Source of the DNA: Clostridia bacterium
Lineage (GTDB): Bacteria > Bacillota > Clostridia > UMGS1840
Length of the DNA: 64,000 nt
Assembly: GCA_017625695.1 (NCBI GenBank)
Contig: JAGAKI010000079.1
Coordinates: 2,312 to 66,311, forward strand
Direction of reading: 5' to 3'
Below the pieces are notes generated by a model that did not search any database, had not been told where the DNA came from, and was given only the letters and a program-made list of their open reading frames with translations. Position 1 is the first letter of the stretch; the number at the start of each line of letters is the position of its first letter. The position numbers were made by a program, and so were the translations under genes. Of this stretch, positions 29,373-39,657 are shown one piece after another.

Positions 29373-30158
29373 ATGATACCAAAACACGAACTTTCCACCT
29401 ATAAACAGCTGTTTCGGGAAGTATTTTCGGAATCGTTAGAATTTTGTGATAAAATTTTTTCCCATCGGTTGGATACGGTGTTTGACAAGCGGGAAAACGG
29501 ATCTATTGTCAGTTTTTTATATGCCATTCCCTTTGCTGCCAAAGTAAAGGGGAGACCCTGCCGTGCCATTTACGTTTACGGCGTAGGAACCGTCCCCGAA
29601 GCACGGGGCAAAGGCTATATGAAAGAAGTGTTTCAGAAAATGGAAGCTTTTTACAACGATACCGTTGATTTTTACTACTTGGTTCCTGCAAGTGAATCTT
29701 TGTTTTCTCTGTATGAAACCTTAGGCTACAAAACGGGATTCTATCTGAAAAAAGAACTGCTGTTTTCCAAGCGAAACCCTGATTTAGCCTATGACATCAA
29801 AGAAGCTCCCGAAGAATTTCACAAAGATTACCTTGCCTATCTGGAGCAATTTGACACGGCAATCATCCGCACCGAAGAAGACAATCGTTTTTATCTGTCG
29901 GAGGGGAACTATTATAAAATCGGAAACAGCGGATTTTTACTGTTGAAAGAGAATAACACCTTGTATTTACGGGAAATGTTTCTTGACAAAGAAGCTGAGT
30001 TAGACTGCTTTTTAGATTTTTTGGCACAAAAAGGGACGGACTCGGTGATCCTCACCCGTCCGGAAGCAAAAACGCCCTACGCTATGGTAAAACCCGTTTC
30101 CCCCTTTGTTAAAAATGCAGATTTTTCCATAGGATATACCAATTTGAATTTCGATTAA
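29373..30158 (+). CDS. GNAT family N-acetyltransferase
   Basis: YVYGVGTVPEARGKGYM, LYETLGY. Confidence 0.85.
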   Translation: MIPKHELSTYKQLFREVFSESLEFCDKIFSHRLDTVFDKRENGSIVSFLYAIPFAAKVKGRPCRAIYVYGVGTVPEARGKGYMKEVFQKMEAFYNDTVDFYYLVPASESLFSLYETLGYKTGFYLKKELLFSKRNPDLAYDIKEAPEEFHKDYLAYLEQFDTAIIRTEEDNRFYLSEGNYYKIGNSGFLLLKENNTLYLREMFLDKEAELDCFLDFLAQKGTDSVILTRPEAKTPYAMVKPVSPFVKNADFSIGYTNLNFD

Positions 30159-30327
30159 TGGTTCTATTCTATGTAAGATGTCAAACAAGTTATAGAAAAC
30201 CGAATACAAAAAAATGTTGTTATCATAACGAAACGGAGCAGTGAATTTCACTGCTCCGTTTCCTGTTCTTATGCGTACACCCCATAGGAATTTCCTCTTT
30301 TTTACTATAAAGTATGGGATGAGAAAC

Positions 30328-32286
30328 TTATTTTTCGTCAACCCAAATTTCCCCTATCCCAAACATTTTTCCGGCTGCATCTGCTTCGGCATCTTCTGAT
30401 ACCGTCAACGTCAGAAGATGTTGGGTATCGCTTAGTCCGAATTCTACCAGAGAGTTATTTTCGTACCATTTATAATTTGCAAGATAATTATGACAAGTTC
30501 CTTGGCGTTCAATATTACCTTCCATATCTGTAATGGTATAGGTGCATTCTCTTCCCTGACCACCGGTTAGTCCGCACAATAAGATTCGTGTTCCGGTAAA
30601 CTGGAATTGGAGGGTTGCTCCGGATTTTGAAGAGGCAATATATTGTTGATAGGGATTCTGAATCGGAGTTCCGTAACCCTCTGCTACCACATTGCGTATT
30701 TCGGGATTTATCATCCAGTTTTCATCAAAATTAGTGTATAACGGACTGATTGCTGTCGCATGAAATACATCAGGAGTTTCAGCGATATATTTTTCCGGAG
30801 GTAAGATGATTTTTTGATAATATTTAGTAGGATTGTTTTTCAGCTCCTGATACATCAGATTCGCAATATTTTTGCCTTGTTGTGCATCGGGATGAACATT
30901 GTTTGACTTGACATAATTATCCCAGCTGTCTTGTGGATGCTTTGAAATGGAATCCAATACCAGTTGATGAGAATTTAAGGCAAATAATCCGTAATGGTTT
31001 AAAACCTGATCATATTTTTCAATGTTACTGGTGATTCCGTAATTTTGCAACCGTTCGTTATATCGTCTGTCCGGAATGTGAATAAAAATGATGACCGGAA
31101 CGTGTTGCTGTGCGTAGCTTTCGCGAATCATACTTTCTACATTTTGTTGCATTGTCAGACGGTTAACTTTTGTCTGGTCATTTAAAGTGAATTCAACAAA
31201 TACAATGTCCGGGTGATGAACCAATACTTCATCGTAGAATCGTATGGTTCCGTAATTGCTGCCGGTTCCGCCAACTCCTGCATTATTGGAGGTAATGGTT
31301 CCGGTTCGGTCTTGTTGCAACAGTGCCAACAGAGGATTGGAATAATGCCCACCCTGTGTAATAGAACCGCCGATAAACGAAATATGAAGGTCTTTACTTG
31401 GGTCCATTACATTGTCATACCCATAGGTTTTTTTTAGTTCTTTTTTTTCAACCAGTGGTTTAAGGTTATTGTTTTGCCACATAAAAGAGGAAATTCTTTT
31501 TGTGCGTTCGGGAAGATTGACAAAAGAAAAAGATATTTGTTTGGATTGTTCATATCCCAACATATCGACAGCTTCCTTTTTTAAACGGATAAAGGAACCG
31601 TTTTGGTCATATACTGCAGTATATACTGTAAAATTGGAGATTCCATCCTGATGGGTATGGTTTGTAATCTGATAGCTTACGTTTAGTTCTCCGTTCTGCA
31701 GTTGTTCCGGGGATTCAATTACTTTTCCGTCCGAAGTAGTAAGCGTAAGCGTGTTGTAACTGATATCGTTCTTGATAGAAAATAATTTTGTGTAATTTAA
31801 CATCCCAAACTGAATGCGGAGACGCAAATTTTCTTTTTCCCACATTTGATTGGGGATCAGGATGCGAAATACATCGATGGTATCGGTTCCTTTTTGCAAG
31901 GTATAATTTACTTCTTGATTTCCTCGTAGGATAGACACAGTATCTGTGTTGATTTGTTCTGCAGGAATTTTTGTATCCAGAGTAACCACCACAGCGGCAC
32001 TCTCATTCATTGCTGTAACTTCTGCTGAAAGCACTTTGCAGAGTTGCCACCGTACAGATTGGAATTTATCATAGTTAGGAATTCCGTTTAAAGGAGTGCC
32101 GTCTTTCTCTGCCCGGAGCACAGCGTCCTTCAGCATAAAAAAATAATCGGAAGTTTCCGAGGTAATGCCCTCTGCCGGATATTGCATTAACAGCTCTGTA
32201 GCGGTGGCTGTTGTTCCTTCGGCAGATACCATAGCGGAAAGTAATATGGCGAACGCTATCGTCATACATAAGATTTTTTTGTGCAT
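30328..32286 (-). CDS. Secreted SGNH/GDSL-type hydrolase
   Basis: Signal peptide; FIGGSIT, NAGVGGT, EFTLND, NVHP blocks. Confidence 0.8.
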   Translation of the reverse strand: MHKKILCMTIAFAILLSAMVSAEGTTATATELLMQYPAEGITSETSDYFFMLKDAVLRAEKDGTPLNGIPNYDKFQSVRWQLCKVLSAEVTAMNESAAVVVTLDTKIPAEQINTDTVSILRGNQEVNYTLQKGTDTIDVFRILIPNQMWEKENLRLRIQFGMLNYTKLFSIKNDISYNTLTLTTSDGKVIESPEQLQNGELNVSYQITNHTHQDGISNFTVYTAVYDQNGSFIRLKKEAVDMLGYEQSKQISFSFVNLPERTKRISSFMWQNNNLKPLVEKKELKKTYGYDNVMDPSKDLHISFIGGSITQGGHYSNPLLALLQQDRTGTITSNNAGVGGTGSNYGTIRFYDEVLVHHPDIVFVEFTLNDQTKVNRLTMQQNVESMIRESYAQQHVPVIIFIHIPDRRYNERLQNYGITSNIEKYDQVLNHYGLFALNSHQLVLDSISKHPQDSWDNYVKSNNVHPDAQQGKNIANLMYQELKNNPTKYYQKIILPPEKYIAETPDVFHATAISPLYTNFDENWMINPEIRNVVAEGYGTPIQNPYQQYIASSKSGATLQFQFTGTRILLCGLTGGQGRECTYTITDMEGNIERQGTCHNYLANYKWYENNSLVEFGLSDTQHLLTLTVSEDAEADAAGKMFGIGEIWVDEK

Positions 32287-32450
32287 GTTTCATTCTCCTT
32301 TTCCATTGCTCGTTTCGTAAGAATTTGATTCTACAGACTCTATACATACTAATAATTTAGTATATGGTAATTCTAACAGAAATGTGTTCCTATGTCAACA
32401 AGTTTTAGTAATTTTATGGTAAAATCGATAATATCAAGGAGGTTTTTAGT

Positions 32451-32741
32451 ATGCAACTCTACAAGAATAGAATCCGAGATTTGCGGGAAGACCATGATTT
32501 ACGACAAATTGATGTTGCAACCGCAACGGGCATTGACCAAAAAACCTTATCCAATTATGAAACCGGAAAAACGAATCCGGACAGCTATTCGATTATTAAG
32601 CTGGCTGAATTTTTTCAGGTTACTACCGATTATCTCTTGGGATATTCCGGATCGAATATTCAGACAAATCAGGATATTCTGCGAGTATTGGAAACAATGG
32701 AACAAAGTTTAAAAGATTTAAAAAATGCATTGCAGCAATAA
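32451..32741 (+). CDS. XRE family HTH regulator
   Basis: RIRDLREDHDLRQ..LSNYETGKTNP..TTDYLLG. Confidence 0.9.
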   Translation: MQLYKNRIRDLREDHDLRQIDVATATGIDQKTLSNYETGKTNPDSYSIIKLAEFFQVTTDYLLGYSGSNIQTNQDILRVLETMEQSLKDLKNALQQ

Positions 32742-32890
32742 GAATGATTGGGAAAAAGCTGCAGTATCACAATCGTTAATTTTTTGATACTGTTTTCATA
32801 CTGAGGTATCCTATTCAACAAAAAGAGGAAATTCCTATGAATTTCCTCTTTTTTACTATACGTTGATTTTGCCGGATTTCAGCAAATCTG

Positions 32891-33574
32891 CTATCTGTTT
32901 AAGATTAACTTGGTTAATTCGATGGGAGAAACAATTTCACCGTCTTTGTAAACTCTCATATTACCGGATGCAATTTCGTCGATTAAAATAACTTCATCGT
33001 TGTTGTAACCAAATTCAAATTTGATATCCCACAAATCTAAACCGATGGTTTTTAAGTCATCAGCAACGATTTTGGTGATTTTTAAGGTCTGTTCTTTCAT
33101 GTCTTCAAACATTTTGGGGCTCATAACGCCTAATGCTGCCAGACCTTCTCCGGTTACCAGCGGATCGCCTTTTTCGTCATTTTTGAACGTACATTCCACA
33201 TAACCGCCTTCTAAAGGAGTACCGTCTTCGATGTATTCGCCGTATCTTCGGATGAAGCTTCCGGTTGCAACCAGTCTGCAGATGACTTCCAGACCGTGGC
33301 CGAATACTTTACCGGGAAGCACTTCCATGGTAGCATCTTCCACATTTGCAGATACATAGTGGGTTTTAATGCCGGCTTGTTTCAGTAAATCAAAATAGTA
33401 GATAGAAGTTCTTAAGTTTTCTCTGCCGATTCCTTCAATGGTTAAACCAACGGAGTTTTCGCCGGGATCAAACACGCCGTCTTTCCCGGTGCAGTCGTCT
33501 TTGAATTTTAACAGCACATTGCCATTGTCTAAAGAGTAAACGTCTTTGGTTTTACCTTCATAAATTTTGTTCAT
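32891..33574 (-). CDS. purC: SAICAR synthase
   Basis: [32 protein letters not shown]. Confidence 0.9.
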   Translation of the reverse strand: MNKIYEGKTKDVYSLDNGNVLLKFKDDCTGKDGVFDPGENSVGLTIEGIGRENLRTSIYYFDLLKQAGIKTHYVSANVEDATMEVLPGKVFGHGLEVICRLVATGSFIRRYGEYIEDGTPLEGGYVECTFKNDEKGDPLVTGEGLAALGVMSPKMFEDMKEQTLKITKIVADDLKTIGLDLWDIKFEFGYNNDEVILIDEIASGNMRVYKDGEIVSPIELTKLILNR

Positions 33575-33873
33575 TGGTTCGTACCTCTTTTCTGGTATAG
33601 AATTCAAGTATTTGACTGTTCGCTGATTATTATTTTAACACGTTTTTTTTGAAAATTCAATATTTTCTTTTTATAAATTCCCATTTTTTTTAAATTTTAT
33701 GAAATTCTCCATAGAATTTGGGTGCATAGAATCAAAAAATCGTAAAAAATGAATAAGAAACCCGTATAAAAAAGTGGGATATCGGTTGACAATTCTACTA
33801 ATTTAGTATAAAATAACAATGATAGGACAAACTATTGCATATGAAAATTTTAATATAATTGGAGGAAAAAACT

Positions 33874-35667
33874 ATGGCAGAAAACAGATTAATCGGCTCT
33901 TATCCTGTAATCGGCATCCGTCCCACCATTGACGGCAGACGCGGTGTGTTAAAGGTAAGAGAATCCTTAGAAGACCAGACCATGAATATGGCAAAAGCAG
34001 CAGCCAAGCTGTTTACTGAAAATTTAAAATATTCCAATGGGGAACCTGTGAAAGTTGTAATCGCAGATACCACCATCGGCCGTGTAGCAGAAGCAGCAGC
34101 TTGTGCAGACAAGTTTAAAAAAGAAGGAGTAGACATTACCTTAACGGTTACTCCCTGCTGGTGCTACGGCTCCGAAACCATGGATATGGACAAAAACACC
34201 ATCAAAGCAGTATGGGGCTTTAATGGTACCGAAAGACCCGGTGCTGTATATTTAGCAGCAGTATTGGCAGGTCACGCACAGAAAGGCTTACCGGCATTTG
34301 GCATCTACGGACACGACGTTCAGGATGCAACCGATACTTCTATCCCCAAAGATGTAGAAGAAAAACTCTTAAGATTCGGACGTGCAGCAGTTGCAGCCGC
34401 TTCTATGAGAGGTAAATCCTATCTGCAGATCGGTTCCATCTGTATGGGAATTGCAGGCTCTATCATCGATACCGACTTTATGGAAGAATACCTGGGTATG
34501 AGAGTGGAATCTGTTGACGAGGTAGAAATCATCAGACGAATGACCGAAGGCATCTATGATGAAAAAGAATATCAGAAAGCTTTGGCTTGGGCAAAAGAAA
34601 AATGCAACATCGGTTTTGATAAGAACCCCGCTGAATTGCAGAAATCCGATGCTGAAAAAGAAGAACAGTTTGCATTCGTTGTAAAAATGATGTGTATCAT
34701 CAAAGACTTAATGAACGGCAACAAAAATCTGCCTGCCGGCTGCGAAGAGGAAATGGTTGGTCATAACGCCATTGCAGCAGGGTTCCAGGGTCAGAGACAG
34801 TGGACCGACTTCTATCCCAACTGTGACTTCCCCGAAGCAATGTTAAACACCTCGTTCGACTGGAACGGTGCAAGAGAACCCTATATCTTAGCAACCGAAA
34901 ATGACGTATTAAACGGTATCGGTATGCTGTTTGGTAAACTGTTAACCAATCGTGCACAGATGTTTGCAGACGTTAGAACCTACTGGAGCGGTGATGCTGT
35001 GAAAAAAGCAACCGGTTATGAGATCGAAGGCAAAGCAAAAGAAGCTGACGGATTCATTCACTTGATTAATTCCGGTGCTTGCTGTTTAGACGCTTGCGGT
35101 GAAGCAAAAGACGAAAACGGTAACGGTGTGATGAAACCCTGGTACGAAGTGACCGAAGCTGACCAGGATGCTATTATGAAAGCGACCACCTGGAATATGG
35201 CTGACTTAGGTTATTTCCGTGGCGGCGGATTCTCGTCCAGATTTGAAACCAGAGCAGAAATGCCTGCAACCATGATTCGTCTGAACTTAGTCAAAGGCTT
35301 AGGCCCCGTTCTGCAGATTGCAGAAGGTTGGACCATTGCACTGCCCGAAGAAGTTTCCGACAAATTATGGAAACGTACTGACTACACCTGGCCCTGTACC
35401 TGGTTTGCTCCCAGAACCACCGGCGAAGGTGCATTCAAAACCGCTTATGATGTAATGAACAACTGGGGTGCAAACCACGGCGCAATTTCTTACGGTCACA
35501 TCGGTGCTGACTTAATCACCCTTTGCTCTATGTTAAGAATTCCCGTATGTATGCACAACGTACCCGAAGAAAAAATCTTCCGTCCTGCTTGTTGGAATGC
35601 ATTCGGTATGGATAAAGAAGGACAGGATTACAGAGCTTGTCAGAACTTCGGCCCCATGTATAAATAG
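33874..35667 (+). CDS. fucI: L-fucose isomerase
   Basis: [40 protein letters not shown]. Confidence 0.96.
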   Translation: MAENRLIGSYPVIGIRPTIDGRRGVLKVRESLEDQTMNMAKAAAKLFTENLKYSNGEPVKVVIADTTIGRVAEAAACADKFKKEGVDITLTVTPCWCYGSETMDMDKNTIKAVWGFNGTERPGAVYLAAVLAGHAQKGLPAFGIYGHDVQDATDTSIPKDVEEKLLRFGRAAVAAASMRGKSYLQIGSICMGIAGSIIDTDFMEEYLGMRVESVDEVEIIRRMTEGIYDEKEYQKALAWAKEKCNIGFDKNPAELQKSDAEKEEQFAFVVKMMCIIKDLMNGNKNLPAGCEEEMVGHNAIAAGFQGQRQWTDFYPNCDFPEAMLNTSFDWNGAREPYILATENDVLNGIGMLFGKLLTNRAQMFADVRTYWSGDAVKKATGYEIEGKAKEADGFIHLINSGACCLDACGEAKDENGNGVMKPWYEVTEADQDAIMKATTWNMADLGYFRGGGFSSRFETRAEMPATMIRLNLVKGLGPVLQIAEGWTIALPEEVSDKLWKRTDYTWPCTWFAPRTTGEGAFKTAYDVMNNWGANHGAISYGHIGADLITLCSMLRIPVCMHNVPEEKIFRPACWNAFGMDKEGQDYRACQNFGPMYK

Positions 35668-35719
35668 GCTTGAAAAATTGCGTATCATCCATTTTTCTTC
35701 GCCTTCTTTAGTTGAAGTA

Positions 35720-35754
35720 AAAAAAGACGAAATTCATTTTGAATTTCGTCTTTT
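35720..35754. terminator. Bidirectional terminator between fucI and ddh
   Basis: aaaaagacgaaattc-atttt-gaatttcgtctttt between convergent genes. Confidence 0.8.
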
Positions 35755-35782
35755 GTTTTGGCATCAAAGAAAAAGAATACTG

Positions 35783-36772
35783 TTACACCAACTCTTTTCG
35801 TAAGGTTGCACCGTCTTTTTCCGACAGGTAACAAAGAGGTACATCCAACACGGTTTTGGCACCGGATACACCTTCTTTGTTTAATTTTACTGCCGCTCTG
35901 GCATAGGCTACCAGCACACTGGAAGTAAATTCAGGATTGGATTCTAATTTCAAAGAGAATTCCAAGACGTGATTGGTTTCGTTGGCAAACCCGGATTTTC
36001 CGCTTCTGATTACGAATCCGCCGTGGGGAATTCCTGCATGATCACGTTTTAATTCTTCTTCCGAAATGAAGTTTACAGTAGTGTCATAATCTGCAAAATA
36101 GTTGGGCATGGTTTTAATTTCATTTTCAATTCTTGCCAAGTCCGCCCCCTCTTGTGCCACCACAAAACATTCTCTGGTATGCTTTTGACGGGTGGTAAGC
36201 TCGGGGTTTTCTCCGCTTCTTGCACCTTCAATGGCAGAGGGAACAGGAACGGTATACTGTTTGGCATCTTTTACACCGTCAATTCTGCGGATGGCATCGG
36301 AATGTCCCTGACTGACGCCCTTGCCCCAAAAGGTATAATCCTTCCCGGTGGGAAGCACAGCACCAAACAAGGCTCTCTGAATGGAGAACAGCCCCGGGTC
36401 CCAACCAACAGAAATAATCCCTACTTTGCCCGCACTTTTGGAGGATGCATCTACCGCATCAAAATATTCGGGAATTTTCGCATGGGTGTCAAAGCTGTCT
36501 ACCGTATTAAAATATTGGGAAAGCTCGGGTCCCTGCACGGGTAAATCGGTTGCAGAACCGCCACAGAGAATCAAAACATCCAGTTTGTCCTGAAATTTTA
36601 AAATATCGTTCACCGAATATACGGGAACGTCTTTGGTCAAGGGAGTTAAGGAATCGGGATTTCTTCTGGTAAATACAGCAGAAAGCTCCATATCGGAAGT
36701 ATGGGAAAGTGCCATTTCGACTCCACGTCCCAGGTTACCGTGACCAACGATTCCAACTTTAATTTTATTCAT
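35783..36772 (-). CDS. ddh: meso-diaminopimelate dehydrogenase
   Basis: GHGNLG, CGGSATD, VDSFDTHA, GWDPG, GVSQGHSDA, SNPEFT. Confidence 0.94.
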   Translation of the reverse strand: MNKIKVGIVGHGNLGRGVEMALSHTSDMELSAVFTRRNPDSLTPLTKDVPVYSVNDILKFQDKLDVLILCGGSATDLPVQGPELSQYFNTVDSFDTHAKIPEYFDAVDASSKSAGKVGIISVGWDPGLFSIQRALFGAVLPTGKDYTFWGKGVSQGHSDAIRRIDGVKDAKQYTVPVPSAIEGARSGENPELTTRQKHTRECFVVAQEGADLARIENEIKTMPNYFADYDTTVNFISEEELKRDHAGIPHGGFVIRSGKSGFANETNHVLEFSLKLESNPEFTSSVLVAYARAAVKLNKEGVSGAKTVLDVPLCYLSEKDGATLRKELV

Positions 36773-36971
36773 ATTAACACCTCCAAAAAGGATTCCTTTC
36801 CAAGAAAGATTCTATCAGTTATTTTATCACGGATTTTGGGGCAATGCAAGATTTTTTTTAATATTTTTCTTCCTTTTTTTCCGATTCCACGGGAAAAGTA
36901 TTGAATTTTTTCTAAAATTATGGTAAACTTAGGTTAGTGTTTTTTGAAAAAACCGATAAAGGAGAAAAAAC

Positions 36972-37640
36972 ATGGCAAAACTGATTGTGATAGAAGGCAC
37001 CGATGCCAGCGGAAAACAAACGCAATCGGAGCTTTTATATGAATTCTTTACCAAACATAACAGCAAAGTTTTAAGACTTTGTTTTCCCGATTATGAAAGT
37101 GAGTCCTCTTCTTTGGTTAAAATGTATTTAGGCGGCAAATTCGGCGATACACCCGACAGTGTAGATGGAAAAATCGCATCCATTTTCTATGCGTCTGACC
37201 GTTATGCTTCCTATAAAACCAAATGGGAAGCTGTGGCAAATGACCCGGATGCTGTCATCATTTTTGACCGGTATGTGACCTCCAATATGATTCATCAGGC
37301 GGCGAAGGTGAAAGATACGGCAGAAAAGGATGCATTTTTGGACTGGGTATACGACCTGGAATACGAGATTTTCCGTTTGCCGAAGCCGGACCATGTGATT
37401 TTCTTAAAAATGCCTCCCGAAACTGCACAGGAGCTTATGAAAAACCGTGCGAATAAAATCACCAATGAAGTGCAGAAAGACATTCACGAATCGGATGCCG
37501 CATATTTGACTGCATGCTATGAAAATGCGTGCTATGTGGCAGAAAAATATGATTGGACGGTGGTTCCCTGTGTGATTGACGGGAAGCTTCGCTCCATTGA
37601 TGAAATTCAGGAAGAAATCAGGAAAACTGTATGCAATTAA
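36972..37640 (+). CDS. tmk: Thymidylate kinase
   Basis: IEGTDASGKQTQ, FDRY, PKPD. Confidence 0.88.
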   Translation: MAKLIVIEGTDASGKQTQSELLYEFFTKHNSKVLRLCFPDYESESSSLVKMYLGGKFGDTPDSVDGKIASIFYASDRYASYKTKWEAVANDPDAVIIFDRYVTSNMIHQAAKVKDTAEKDAFLDWVYDLEYEIFRLPKPDHVIFLKMPPETAQELMKNRANKITNEVQKDIHESDAAYLTACYENACYVAEKYDWTVVPCVIDGKLRSIDEIQEEIRKTVCN

Positions 37641-38509
37641 AACCTTTAACCATTGATGACCGCGACCTTTTTTATCAGTATTATAAATCCAATCCGGCAA
37701 AGTGTTCTTATCTGAGCTTTGCCAATTTGTTTTTGTGGAAAGATGCGGAAGATATTCATTTTTTCGAGTATGAAGGACATCTGGTTGTGACCGGAAAAAG
37801 TCTGTATCACGGGGAACGCTATTTTATGATGCCGCTTGGCGGTTGTCTTTGCGGTAAATTGAAACAATATTTAGATGAAAATTTCAAAAACAAGTATCAT
37901 ATCTACGGGATTACTCATCTGGATGTGGAGTCTGTTCGGAAAAACTGCGGAGAGTTTTTTCAGATTGAACGTGTTCGGGATATGGATAATTATGTTTATT
38001 TATCGGAAAAACTGATTTCTCTCTCCGGGAAAAAGCTTCACGGAAAACGGAATCATATTAATAAATTCAAAGAGTTATATTCCTATCAATACGAACCGCT
38101 GACTGTAGATTCTATTGATAAAATACGTCCTTTTGTGGAAGAATGGTATCAGCAAAAAGCCCAAACGGACGCATCGATTCTTATGGAAAAGACGGCTTTG
38201 GAAAATGCTTTGAAGTATTTTATGGAATTGGAATTAAAAGGCGGAATGTTGCTGGTTGACGGAAAAGTTGTGGCGTTTTCCATTGGAGAACAGCTGAATT
38301 CCGATACAGCACTCATTCATTTTGAAAAAGCCGATACCAATTATCAGGGTGCCTACCCTATGATTAACCAGCAGTTTGTACAACACGAATGGAGTCATTT
38401 AACCTATATTAACCGGGAAGACGATATGGGCATTGAGGGTCTTCGGAAAGCAAAGCTCAGCTATCAGCCGGATGTTATGGTGGAAATGTACGCTGCTGTT
38501 CCGAAGTAA
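37631..38509 (+). CDS. DUF2156 / LPG-synthase C-terminal-like GNAT protein
   Basis: LSGKKLHGKRNHINKF, HFEKA, YINREDDMGIEGLRKAKLSYQP. Confidence 0.85.
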   Translation: MQLKPLTIDDRDLFYQYYKSNPAKCSYLSFANLFLWKDAEDIHFFEYEGHLVVTGKSLYHGERYFMMPLGGCLCGKLKQYLDENFKNKYHIYGITHLDVESVRKNCGEFFQIERVRDMDNYVYLSEKLISLSGKKLHGKRNHINKFKELYSYQYEPLTVDSIDKIRPFVEEWYQQKAQTDASILMEKTALENALKYFMELELKGGMLLVDGKVVAFSIGEQLNSDTALIHFEKADTNYQGAYPMINQQFVQHEWSHLTYINREDDMGIEGLRKAKLSYQPDVMVEMYAAVPK

Positions 38510-38536
38510 GGATTTTATTTACCTTCCCCTTTTTTA

Positions 38537-38882
38537 GGAAACCGGTGATTGTTTTTGTTGGATGAGATAGATTCTGATGCTATCTTTCATTTGTAGCGTT
38601 TTCCTCGATTCAAAAAGGTTTTTTGACACCTCATCAGTCACTACGTGACAGCTTCTCCTCCAAGGAGAAGCCTTTGTGCGGGGGTAACTGATTTTGCCTT
38701 CTCCTTGGAGGAAACCGGTGATTGTTTTTGTTGGAGGAGATAGATTCTGATGCTATCTTTCATTTGTAGCGTTATCCTCGATTCAAAAAGGTTTTTTGAC
38801 ACCTCATCAGTCACTGCGTGACAGCTTCTCCTCCCAGGAGAAGCCTTTGTGCGGGGGTAACTGATTTTGCCTTCTCCTTGGA
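38537..38882 (+). repeat. Tandem duplication of a 173-bp unit containing a REP-like palindrome
   Basis: ggaaaccggtgattg... starts at 38537 and 38710; units nearly identical. Confidence 0.9.
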
Positions 38883-39349
38883 GGAGAAGGGGGACCGCTT
38901 GCGGTGGATGAGGTGGAAAGGAAAACATTCATATGAATAGAATCAAGAATTCCAAACTTACTCTCAACTCACAAACTTTACGAAAAAATATGACAAAAGA
39001 GGAACGACATCTTTGGTATGATTTTTTAAAAAAACTTCCACTTACTGTGAAACGGCAGAAAGTATTTGGTAATTATATTGTTGATTTTTATATTTCATCA
39101 TGTAAGTTGGTCATTGAGCTTGATGGATCACAACATTATGAAGATGTTAATGCTTATAACGATGCTGTCAGAGATTCTTATTTCAACAAAAATCGAATTA
39201 CTGTTTTAAGATATTCAAATTCCGATGTCAATCTCAATTTTGATGGGGTATGCTCGGATATCTTAAATCATATTAATCATATTTCTTCGATTGATTTTTG
39301 ACACCTCATCAGTCACTGCGTGACAGCTTCTCCTCCAAGGAGAAGCCTT
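38625..39349. repeat. REP-like CACCTCATC...CTTCTCCTCCAAGGAGAAG palindromes around the DUF559 gene
   Basis: Copies at 38625-38674, 38798-38847 and 39300-39349 (plus) and 38869-38915 (minus); diverged copy at 43909-43963. Confidence 0.85.
38933..39301 (+). CDS. DUF559 / Vsr-like endonuclease domain protein
   Basis: LRKNMTKEERHLWY, RQKVFGNYIVDFY, LVIELDGSQH, RD, VLRYSN. Confidence 0.9.
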   Translation: MNRIKNSKLTLNSQTLRKNMTKEERHLWYDFLKKLPLTVKRQKVFGNYIVDFYISSCKLVIELDGSQHYEDVNAYNDAVRDSYFNKNRITVLRYSNSDVNLNFDGVCSDILNHINHISSIDF

Positions 39350-39411
39350 TTTTTGTTAGTTCTAAATGTTTCCTATTTTACTTCTTGTTTTATAAAAACT
39401 CTTATATACGA

Positions 39412-39443
39412 AAAAAGGCGGGACATAAAGTCCCGCCTTTTTT
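39412..39443. terminator. Bidirectional terminator ending the surface-protein/peptide operon
   Basis: aaaaaaggcgggac-ataaa-gtcccgcctttttt. Confidence 0.85.
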
Positions 39444-39473
39444 AATTCTGTTATTCAATTAATTAACAGGCAA

Positions 39474-39635
39474 TTAGATCTGAGAACCTTCGTCTAACAG
39501 AGCCATGTTGTAAGTAGTGGTGATTTTGCCACCGGAAGTAGTTACAACAGCGGTTTCTAACGGATTTTCGTAAGCGATTGCTTCGTTAGCCTGTAAGGAA
39601 ATAATTTCAACAGAAGGGCAAACATAATTTTTCAT
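39474..39635 (-). CDS. 53-aa peptide with YxxPxV leader (candidate RRE substrate); not in the ORF track
   Basis: MKNYVCPSVEIISLQANEAIAYENPLETAVVTTSGGKITTTYNMALLDEGSQI; AAAGGAGG RBS; followed by a terminator. Confidence 0.85.
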   Translation of the reverse strand: MKNYVCPSVEIISLQANEAIAYENPLETAVVTTSGGKITTTYNMALLDEGSQI

Positions 39636-39657
39636 CTCTATATATCCTCCTTTAAAA

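Noticed and set aside
35720-35754. Shared aaaaagacgaaattc arm with the terminator at 61203-61244
   Set aside because: Both are ordinary bidirectional terminators; similarity is short and no mobility evidence is seen
38537-38882. CRISPR array, and ORF 38641-38928
   Set aside because: Intervening sequences are near-identical rather than unique spacers; the ORF is a translation of the repeats
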